DNA from: Dimorphilus gyrociliatus
Taxonomy: Eukaryota; Animalia; Annelida
Direction: 5' to 3'
DNA: 64,000 nt
Assembly (NCBI GenBank): GCA_904063045.1
Contig: CAJFCJ010000009.1
Location: forward strand, 1,860,968-1,924,967
Each line of letters starts with the position of its first letter. Positions within the stretch are counted from its first letter, which is position 1. Below, piece by piece: positions 41,212 through 52,288 of the stretch. Both the position numbers and the translations under genes were made by a program. Below the pieces are notes generated by a model. It was not told the origin of the DNA, ran no database searches, and was given only the letters and a program-made list of their open reading frames with translations.

Positions 41212-41442
41212 TTTCGATTTTACACCTGAACAGTAATATAGGTGCTTATCTCTTATCGTTATACCTTCGCTACAGCGTTGAGTCATATCAAATTGGCGCA
41301 TTTATTTAATCTTTCAAATTTCTACTTTTTTGTACCGCACTATACGTAAAAGAAAAAGAAATACAATTTTATTACACATCCTTTACTTGGCTGTATTTTT
41401 CTAAACAGTCTAGAATTCAATTGTTTCTAATCAGTGTTAATT

Positions 41443-42072
41443 TTAATTAACAACACCCTGAACATTTTCAGGTTGTGCATTCTTAGTATGGGGCCACATT
41501 GTTGGTTTTTGTGGGTTTGGTACTCTATCTGGGAAGTAGTCAGCGAAAACTTCATCAGTCATCTTTTCCAAAGGTGGAACCATATCAATTTTGCTCAAAA
41601 CTCCGTTAGCCTCTTCAATATGCTGTTGACATTGTTTGACAAACTCAGCGGTTTGCTTGGCAGCTTCTTGCACTTCTTGATCAATCTTTCCTACAACGTT
41701 GTCCTTGTCTTGAGGGTAAGGAACTTTGAAAGCGTCATACTAGATTAAAAAAGATCGTTATATAGTGAAAAATATTTATTAATATTCCTTGAAAAAATCT
41801 TACTTCTTTCTGCAATTTATCAACTAGGCCTGGAGTGGCGACAGCACTTTTATAATGATCCCAATTTATTTTAGGAGCCTCAGCCGACAATCGATTTACC
41901 CTGAAGAGTCATATATTAAAAAGTTTTTCTAAAATTAAAGTGATATTTACTTTGTAACAAAACTATCGCTTCTGCCTTTGAAAGCTCTAAAGAGTTCTGT
42001 CTGGTTTTTGGGTACACGTTCAGCAAACGCGACCCAATCTATGGCTGATTTCGCAATTCTACGCGATGCCAT
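41443..42072 (-). CDS. ATP5PD: Mitochondrial ATP synthase subunit d
   Basis: MASRRIAKSAIDWVAFAERVP, PKINWDHYK, LVDKLQKEYDAFKVPYP, MTDEVFADYFP, PTMWPH. Three exons. Confidence 0.95.
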
Positions 42073-42985
42073 TTCTTGTTCTATGATACAAAATGGCGGT
42101 CCACAAGGTCGGTGAAGGTCAACTCCATTTTCGTATTTTAAGACTGCCTAACTATGGGACGAGAAATTGTACTTTTTTATGTTTTAATTTCCAGCTTATT
42201 TCACTGAATATTATTAGTTTTTTGTCTTCATCTTAAATCGTATTATTGAAAGTCAAGTTTTGAAATATTCCAAAAAATAAAAAATTTCTTATAGATATAC
42301 AAAGGAAGGTTTTAAATCTATTCCATAAAAGTGGAAAAAGAATAAGGAAATAATTTTCCCGAGGTGAATACAATAAAAATTATCAGTTTATTTGTAAATA
42401 GCATACACTTGTCACATGAAATTATGAAATTAATCCGAACACAAACATTGAAATATTAGAAAAAACTTTTTTTTTCAGTTATCGAAATAAAAACATTAAA
42501 GATAATTTTCTTTAATGATTTTAATAAATAGCGTTCTCATTTTAAACATTTGTAAAATATACTATATATTTACTATCTTTAACTCATGTTTAGCTTAGAT
42601 CAGTTTCAAAAAAATACAGTGTCTTGGAAGGGATACCAGACTTTATTGCGTATATTAAGCTCTTTAGTTGCAGCCATTCTTTGTAAAATTTAGTTAGACC
42701 AGCAGTCTTGCGCGTCAACAGTCGATGAAAGTCAGAAAACTACCCTTTAGAGGTCTATAAGTTATAAATACGATTTACATCATTATCAGTAATAAAATAC
42801 AGGGAAAAAACCAGGTAAAGTAATCGTTTAAAATTGTATTTAAAAGAAATCAATCTATGTCTAGGATATTTTCATATGAGAGCAGTACCTTGATCAATGT
42901 TCACTTTTCATCCAATTTTTTTATGTTCCTAAAAATTAGATGTATCTTTGCAAGGTTAAATTATTAATATGGTCTAAACAGAAAA

Positions 42986-45476
42986 ATGTCTGAAAACGCG
43001 GATGTTACATCGAAAGAGCAGAGCCAAGCATGGATGACTGCCAGGCTTTCTCTATCGCAAATTAAACCTAAAGAGGACACTCAATCACCACAAGCTTCCA
43101 AACCTCCCGTTGGTCACCCTTATGTGCAAAACATAATGCAGTATGGACCACCACCAGGTTATGGAGCTCCCCCTCAAAGGTTGATATCAATTTTATACTA
43201 AGATAATTTCTCAATGTTGACTTTCGTAGAATGGATTACAATTCTTATTCGGAATACAATAATCCTGGAATGTTAAGGCGTGCACCTCCTCCCAGATTAT
43301 CACCCAATCAGAGATTACGCGCCTTTGGAAACGGACCCAATATGAACATGAATCATCAAATGATGATGAGGCCTCCACCCCTTCAAGCCCAAAATAAAAT
43401 GCCCAGAGGTATGTCCAATCTACAAAGCTATATTTCCGGTTTTACAAATTTAATTATTTTATGTTTTAGGAACAATTCGGTTCAATTTACAATTTCAAAC
43501 CCAACAACGACCGACTCAACAACCATCAACAAGCATAAGTCAGCCAAATAACTCAGAAGTTATTAGTTCAAATGCATTTACACAAAACACACATTCACAC
43601 ATTTCACAACCACCACCAACATACAAATCTTTCTCACTGCCTCGACAAGTTCCTCCAGGTCGTCCTCAAATTCCATCGCCTTTTAATAATCCAAACATGA
43701 ATGGGAATTGTCTAGCCCCTTCGAATAATACTAATTTCAGTGGGACTAATAAACCAATAGCAAAGACACCAACCGAAACTGAAAACAACACCGAAAAGTG
43801 AGTTATTTGATTGAATACTTTCCAATAAGTTTAAATTATCTTCTTGCTTGTAGGAAAACAAATAAGGAAGACTGGCCACCTGCTTTAAAGCAATGGGTAA
43901 ATAGAGTATTTAAGAGTTCGAAAAATGAAGAAGAAAAGGACGTTTTGCAACAAAAGCTAAAAGAATATCTCCAAAACATAATGGCAACCAGCAGCATACA
44001 CAGCATAAACTGGAACAATGTGCCATTACTTAAGTAAGAATTTGATATATATTATCAAATGTCGCATTATAACTAATAAATACTTTCAGGATTGACTCGG
44101 AACGTCATAGTCCAACAAAGCCCAAGGAAAGGATAATACCATTTAGGTCGAGGAGGAAACGATCATCAAGTTTTGATTCTGATAGTAGTATTGAAGAGAC
44201 GCCAAAAAAGAAACTTGTATCTTCTGTAACAACCAAAAAAGGAAATAAAAAGAAAAATAAAAAAAATAAGCAAGTACAACGGTTTACAATAGAGCAAGAT
44301 ACACAAAAATTACAGAGTAGAGCCGACCGATTTCGGAAAGATTTTTTCCGTGGGGACGAAATTTCAACTGTAACAGCCCTTGGTTTGAACAGTACATTAG
44401 ATAGGGAGGAATCAGGTGATTTAGACTGGGGATCTATGACAATTGAAGGAACTGCCTCAAATCTTGAGAAACCGTACTTAAGATTAACGGCCGCCCCTGA
44501 TCCTAGTACGGTAAGGCCTCAGCGTATTCTTGAAAAGGCTTTACAGCATGTAAAAAGGAAATGGAAGAGTGATGAAAATTATTATTATGTATGTGAGCAA
44601 TTGAAGAGTATTAGGCAAGATTTAACAGTACAGTGTATACGTAACGAATTTACGGTAGAGGTTTATGAAACTCACGCTCGAATTGCGATGGAAAAAAGCG
44701 ATCACGAAGAGTTTAATCAATGTCAGACACAATTGAAATTATTATACAATGAAGGTTTAAGGGGTCAGGAAGCCGAATTCACTGCATATCGTATTCTCTA
44801 CTATATTTTTACTAGGAACACACTGGGTAAGGCAGAGAAAAGCAAGAACTTTCTAAAAGTTTTATTTAACTTGATTTGTTTTTATTTTTATCATAGATAT
44901 GTGCACAGCTCTAGCTAGATTACCTGAAGAGTTGAAGCACGATAAATGCGTTTTACACGCTTTAGCGATACGTTCGGCGTGGTCGTTGTCACATTACCAA
45001 AAATTTTTTAAATTATATTCGAAATCACCGAAAATGAGCGGTTATTTGATTGATTGGTTCGTGGATAGGGAGCGTAAAGCGGCCCTAAAGATCATGTTAA
45101 AGTCGTATGTATTAAAAGCGCGTTTATTTTTAAAAAAAAAAATTTTTACTTGTTTTATACGAGTGTATACTTGTAATATAGTATACAAATTCAAGGAATT
45201 TTATACAGGTAAGTATAGAACATACGCTACAAAAGTTAAGAAAAACTTCCAAAATTGCGACTTATTAGTTCAACTGTAATGTTTTACTAGGCGTTACATT
45301 GTTTATTACTATTGTCCAGATATCTACCGTCCCTTCCAGTTGAGTTAATTGGTAAAAATTTGGCGTTTACGAATGAGGAAGGAATGAGGACTTTTCTAAC
45401 ATCGATGAACGTCAAATATTTGGATGTGGATCGAGTGAAAGTTGATACAAGGGCGTCGTTAGCCTCTTTGTTATGA
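42986..45476 (+). CDS. LENG8: LENG8/THP3 (SAC3/GANP-PCI family)
   Basis: [92 protein letters not shown]. Stop at 45476. Confidence 0.93.
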
Positions 45477-46111
45477 GTTTTGAGAGAAAAAAAATTATAT
45501 ATCTGCCCAAAAATTTATTTCATCATTTACCAATAAGTTTAAGGGAGCTAAGAACGTGTGTTAATCGATAAAAGAAAGACATTCATACTTAATTATTTTT
45601 CGATATGCAGGTAATTATCGAAATCTTGATTGGTATTTTCTCAGTAGTTGAGATGTATTTATAAATTTGTTCTTTTTTATTTGTTATTAATATTACATAA
45701 AAAAAATTCTTTATATTCGAATAATAGAATATAAAATAAACATCTCTCCTTATAAATTTATTCAAATGTTCTTTTATCCATCTTAATTATTCCTTAACAT
45801 TCTTTGCACTCGGAAAAACACAGAATAAAATTTATATTAAAGAAATAAATCTTCTTCTATTTAGTAAACTAAATTCAGACAAATATTTGCAAATTTTTCT
45901 TCAATCTTGCTATGCATATTTATACTTTATTTGGGCTGTTATTATCCACTTTGAATCACTAGGAGTGTTGTTCTAAAAGTATTCATTGGATTTTTTATGT
46001 TCTATGTTGAAATGAACTATGAATCGAAACGAGGCCAGGTTTGAAGGTCAATGCCAACTTCATTTCTACTTTTCCACCTTTCGCCATCGCTAAAACAGTG
46101 TTTGGTGAAAA

Positions 46112-48162
46112 ATGCAAACTGTTCATAAATTGTTGAATAGACGATTGGCTGTGTCATTTAAGGCGTATGGTGCATGTGGATTTTCAACGACAGTCAACTA
46201 TGCCCAAGGTAATTACAACTATGAGTTCAAATGGTCTTGAATGTATACAACATATAAGCATTCTTACCCCTCTTCTCTCTCCTAAAGAGTTTGCAACTCT
46301 TACAATATAGATTGTAAAAACTGATGTTTTTGTTTCCTTTTCAGAAGCGAAAAATGAAATTCCTTCTGTTAGACCACCGAATATCGATGAATTATATGAT
46401 ATTAGTGAGAAATTTGGTTTGAATATTCCCTATGAAGAATTATCGACTTATAAAGGTCTCTATTGTTTGGTATTTTAATATAGCTGATAGCAATTGTTAC
46501 CATTTTATTAGATTGTATGAAAGGGATGTTGGAAAGTTTTGACCGGGTTGATAAATTTCCCGAAATTAATCCTCCTGTAAAATATCCTAGAACTGGCGCA
46601 TATCGACCAAGCGCGGAAGAAAATGATCATAATGCATGGTAACTTTCACATGAATGTATTTTAAGATATGTAAATTTAATTATACAAAGGTACGTTAAGT
46701 GCGATATCAAAGGGGCGAAAGGAGGACCCTTAGAAGGGAAAACAATTGCCGTAAAAGATAATATTGCAGTAGCTGGCTTACCAATGATGAATGGAGCAAG
46801 GATGTTGGAAGGTTATGTACCCGAATACGACGCAACCGTAGTTAATCGTGTATTAGACGCTGGTGGTCGTATTTTAGGAAAATCTGCCTGCGAATACTTA
46901 TGTATGAGTGGTAATAGTCATACATGCGCTTCAGGACCAATTTTGAATCCGCATAATCGGGATAGAAGTGCCGGTGGATCTAGTGGAGGATCTGCCGTAC
47001 TTGTTTCTCTAAAAGAAGTAGATATGGCTATTGGGGGAGATCAAGGAGGATCGATTCGTCTACCCTCTTGCTGGAGTGGGTGTATAGGTCTTAAACCTAC
47101 GTTTGGATTAGTTCCCTACACTGGAGCATTCCCAATAGCTAAATATGTTGATCATTTGGGACCAATGGCAAGTACTGTTGAAGAAGTAGCCTTACTATTA
47201 GAAGTTTTAGCCGGCAGCGACGGTATGGATTGCAGACAACCATCTGAAATAAGTAAAGTCAAATATACCAAAGAATTAAAGAAAGGTTTTGCTGATCTAA
47301 AAGTTGGTATAATGAAAGAAGGTTTTGAAGAGTGTGAAGAAGACGTGGAGGAAATTGTTAAGAGCGCAGCATTCAATTTAAAAAATATGGGCCTAAATGT
47401 GTCGGAAGTTTCTGTTCCTCTGCACAAATCAGGAGGTGATATATGGAGTTCTGTAGGTGTACCCGGTGTTTATCATCAGCTATTACATAATGCTGGTAAG
47501 AGTTTAATATTAATTTAAAAGTTTTGGAAAATAATCGTTAAAACTTATCCCTGATTGTTTTATAGGAATAACGACGGGATCATTTGGCCACCAGCCGACC
47601 ACGATGCACGATTATGTCGCGAAGAGAATGAAAACTAACGGTGGCGATTTGTCCCCAACTGTTAAACTGTTTTGGCTATTTGGCGAACATATGAAGGTAG
47701 TGACTTAGTTATTTATTAAACTGAGATTAATAGATTAATACTCTTACCGCAGAGAAACTACGAGCTACATCATTTTTGTAAAGGTAGCAACATTGTACCC
47801 CACTTGAAAAAAGCTTATAATGATGCCCTTTCGAAATATGATATTCTCATTACTCCAACAATTAAGTACAAAGCCCCTCTATTGCCAACGCAATCTGCAT
47901 CAACTGAGCGTAATTTTGCCTCTTTTTTTATCCTATCTTGTATAGATATTACATTACTCTCTCTTTTCTAGATGTTATAAAAGAAAGCTTAGGAATGATT
48001 GCCAATACAACGCCTTTCAACATTACTTGGCATCCGGCGTTATCTATAAACGTTGGCTTTTCTGAAAATCTTCCTATCGGTATGCAAATTATTGGTAGAC
48101 ATTTTGAAGAGGCGACTGTTCTTAGAGCCGCTCTGGCTGTTGAGCAAATGATAAAGAATTGA
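46112..48162 (+). CDS. Amidase-signature family enzyme of bacterial (Rhodococcus-like) type with a mitochondrial-like presequence
   Basis: Phase-consistent exon 1 MQTVHKLLNRRLAVSFKAYGACGFSTTVNYAQ; PPVKYPRTGAYRP, AWYVKCDI, IAVKDN (catalytic Lys), AGGSSGGS, GGDQGGSIRLP (Ser-cisSer), NTTPFNIT, LPIGMQIIGR. About 7 exons. Confidence 0.88.
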
Positions 48163-48798
48163 AGAAATTAATAATACTCTAGAGTTAAGAGAACAACTAA
48201 GAATAATTTGCTAAAGTCCATATTTTAATCTCTTTCTGACAATCTAATAAAACAAAGTAAAAACCAATGCTTGTTTATCAAATAAACTTGACAAAGGAAA
48301 ACTACTAACACTACTGATATTACTATTATTATGGTTTCACTAATTAGAACACTCCTTTTACACGACTATGTAAATCTATGATGAAAATGCTAGAAAAAAA
48401 AACAAGTTATCTATAATTTGTCGAATGATGAGTGGTTATACTCTGCGTGTAGTGAATGATTGTCTAATTCAAGTATATCTAATAAAAGAATTTACTTGCT
48501 AAATTATCTTGTTTAATCAATTTATCCCATTAGTTTGGTATTAGCAATTCCAATATAATCATATTCGATTAAAAATAGGATTATATGTTAATATGTTATT
48601 TCTCTTTGCTGAAAGTAAGTCGACTTTTGTTCCCCTCAACTTTCTCTTCAATTATAGGAAAGAGTGATATTTTGCACGGTTTTTAGTTAAATTTTTTTAT
48701 TTGAAAACGATGAAAGAACGATTCAATTGCAAACAACAATAAAAAATTCTTGTACATATGTATAATAATATTGTATAGAGAAATGAACAAAGGAGATA

Positions 48799-51016
48799 CT
48801 ACGAGTCCAACTGATGATATCTAGCATACATTGCTTTTTTAACGGTATCCCGATAGCTATCGCCAGGCTCAACACTTACAGCGGCACCTCTTGCTCCTAA
48901 TCCTGCCTGAGATTGACGCATTTCTGCTTTGATGGGGGTTTGTATGCCTTGGCCTTTCCTTCCAAGTCCGCGTCCCTCTGACCAACCCATTTTCTGAAGT
49001 AGTTTGGACCCGATGTTGTCGTTATTTATGCCATCCGCTGTTGGCTGCTCGTAAGGCACGCTTGTACTTTCAGGTTCAAAACGTTCAAATCTACCTCCAC
49101 GATTAGGTTTAGGAGGTTCAGGCTGTCCATACTTCTGCCTACGTTCTGCAGCTCTATCTCTATATTTTGGGGCGGAATTTCTTAATCTCCACTCTTCCAG
49201 ATTCTTTTTATGCAAATCGGAAATAGCATTATGCTTCTGAAGAATTTCTTTCGAGTTGAATTGTCGTTTACATAATAGACATGCTAATTTGCTCCAATCT
49301 GTCAACTGCTCTTCTTTACAAGCAGTCAGTTCGCCTTGTTCGTCGCCACTATCACTGTCTCCACCGTATTGGGCAACAAGATTCGTGTTTGATGGAGTAG
49401 AAGATGATCCATTTGGAGAAGCAACCTGCGTTTCTTCCTCACTCACAACCTTATCTAGGAAGCTGGCACCAATGTCAGACGTTGCAGATTCTAAACGATT
49501 TGTGCTAGCTGCGTGAGCTTTAGCTTCTTTTTCAGCATCTTTTGTCTGATTCATTTTTTTAGCCCATTTCTCCATATCTTTTGCTATTTTATTAGCTACT
49601 TTGACTTTTTCTTTTTTAGTGTTATTCTGTTTAGGTATTTGTGATGAGGATTGTGAAGCTGATGATGCTGGCAAGTAAGTCATTCTGGTTGCGTCCCAAT
49701 AAAGCCATGCTTGTGTGTAAGAGTTGAAGTAGTATTGAGAATTACTGTCGTAGTAGAGGCCAGTAGCTGGATCATAATAGTAACCTGACTTTTCATCGTA
49801 AGTATAGGTTGAGATATCAGGTATAGAATAAGATGTCAGGCCATCACCAGTGGGTGGACTTACATAACTTTCTGATTTCTGTTCCGTCACTTTTTCAAGC
49901 TTCGTTCGCCTATCCAGTTTGGCTTGCTGGGCTTGCTGTATTGCAGCCTGTGCAACAGCTGCAGCTGCATTTGTACTTTTCCCCTCCTCTTGCATTTTAA
50001 AGTACGTAGCATAATCGTAAGTTTGTCCGGAACGATGGTCAGTGAATAAACCGGTTGATCTGTCGTACGTCACATCTAATTTCCTTGAGCTACAAACTGC
50101 TGCCGCTGATGGAAACGACACAGATGTTCTATTCAGTGTGGCCATGGTGGTACTGAAAGTATTCTTAGCAAAGTGAGCCATAACTACTTTACCATCAATC
50201 TCAAGTGGCTTATCTCTCAAATATTCTAACATTGCCTTGGATTCTGCAACAGAGGATAATTCTACAAATGCAAAACCTTTAGACACAGATGTTAATGTGT
50301 CCCTGATAACAGAAACGTTTGCAATTTGACATGCAGCAACTTCATGTAAAGCATCGCATAATTTTTCTTCTGTAGTAAGAGCGTCTAAACCTCGGAAAAG
50401 TAAAGTGTTACAAGGATTGACGCCCATTTGATCATAACCATCACCACCATCGCGCAATCTATCGCTTTCTTCTCGCGATATATTGCAACGAAAGCAAAAA
50501 TCTCGTTTTTTGAAGTTATGTACTCCACACTGAAACGCAGAAAGATTTGTTAAATTAAAGGCCTTTCCGGCTTATCAAAAATTATCACCTTAAAGCATGA
50601 CCAATCTGTTCTTATATCACTTGGAACACAATCTGGCGGTCGAACAGATTCTCTCGGTGCCGAAAAATGCATCGATACTTCATAATCTTCAAGCCATAAA
50701 ACTCCCTGTTAGAAGAAAAATTTCTTAAAACTAATGTTTTCAGATAAGATATGAGCACTCATGAGCTGTTGAAGGTTGTCAACCTGTTGTGTTTCCATCC
50801 AAGCTTGAGCTTCCTCATTACAGTCAAACTCAACGAAGGCGAAACCCCGTGACGCACCTGTTACATAGCCACCGCGATATGTTTAAATTTGTCTGATATT
50901 TTCACTCGATGATTTTGCTTTCGACGATCATTACTTACCGTATTTATTTGACTAATTTTTACAGTTATGTGTAATGCGTAATACAATTTTACATAATACA
51001 TTTTTTATGTATACAG

Positions 51017-51051
<35 letters not shown>

Positions 51052-51858
51052 AATATATATATTTATTTTTAATGCATATTATTAAAAATTTATTTAGTTG
51101 CATAGAAAGTAATTGAACACGTAAGATGTTCAATCTTAGGTATAATAAAGTTAAGACAGAGCGCAGAAGTTTGTAAATACAAAACAATTACTCTACCTGT
51201 GTCTTTTCTTTTCATCAAACGAACGTCCTTAATTGGAATGCTGAGAGCAAACAATTCAGTTTGCAACTGTAGGAAGATAAAAGAAGAGTTACAAAACTAT
51301 TGTTTTGGTCCGCTGTTAGCCAAAGTTCTTGTTCTTCTAGTCTTTTTTTTGCCTCTCTTTGGCAACAAACCTTATGCTCAGTTATGTGAAACGGCAAATT
51401 TTTCAACAGAATCGTATTTGTCGGCATATCACTGATCCATCTTTCACCACCTTCATAATATCTTGTTCTCTGTTCATAATCACGTTCGAAATCTCTATCA
51501 TTGTCTCTTTCTCTACTTCTGTCTCTATGCCGTTTCCTTTCATCCTTTGAATATTTTTCATCTCGATGAGGACTTCGATCTCTGTCACGTCTGCTGTAAT
51601 AGCTTCTATCTTTTCTATCTTCATACCTTTCCCTATTACAAGCAATCCCATTTATCGACATCAAAAGATTTTAGCTAGTGTTTATTACCTGTCTCGGTCC
51701 CTCTCATCTCTAACCCTGTCGTGACTCATTTCATTTCGTGATATAGAAATTTCTCTTCTCTCAAAAATGTCTTCTTTATTTCTTTGATACCTGTCGTCGT
51801 CTCTTTTGTCTCGACTACCCTTGGAAGGAACTTGAGCGTAGCTTTGCAGTTTCTGCAT
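48799..51858 (-). CDS. RBM5: RNA-binding protein RBM5/RBM10 family splicing regulator
   Basis: RD-rich N-terminus, RRM1 (TNTILLKNLP...SRGFAFVEF), RanBP2 zinc finger (DWSCFKCGVHNFKKRDFCFRC), RRM2, OCRE (YTYDEKSGYYYDPATGLYYD), C2H2 (LACLLCKRQF...H...H), G-patch (NIGSKLLQKMGWSEGRGLG). Confidence 0.93.
51017..51044. repeat. (TA)14 microsatellite in the long RBM5/10 intron
   Basis: Read directly from the sequence. Confidence 0.9.
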
Positions 51859-51998
51859 AGCCTATAAACAGTAGATGCTATCAACACTTAGGACTTAGAA
51901 ATATAATAGTTTTCGGTTAGATTTATGAGAGACATTTTGTAGTAAAAACAGTTTACATCACGCATATATTCCGCAATTTTACGTTTATTAGACGCACA

Positions 51999-52008
51999 GC
52001 GCATGCGT
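51999..52008. promoter_or_regulatory. NRF1-like site in the RBM5/10-ELP2 bidirectional promoter
   Basis: GCGCATGCGT (consensus GCGCATGCGC) in the 430-bp spacer between the divergent ATGs. Confidence 0.55.
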
Positions 52009-52288
52009 GAAGCCAAATAGAATCATTCGCTTATATTTCGTTGGAAAATCATAACTTAAACTTATCCTTACCTAAATTAAATTAGCTCCTTTCTCTTCCC
52101 TGCGATATACTTTAGAGTTTAACAATATTCGTTAACGACAATGCACCACTTGTCTAGATATATTATCGAATGAAAGACAAGCCCGTGGTATTGTTCTCAA
52201 TTGAAACCAGTTTAATACAGTTAGGCTACATTGGACTGGTTCCCTTCAGAGACAGCAGACTAAGTTGAACAACATTTTGCTCCGGAGA

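Noticed and set aside
51199-51678. Stack of overlapping short ORFs on both strands
   Set aside because: Alternative-frame or antisense readings of the RD/RE-rich RBM5/10 exons.
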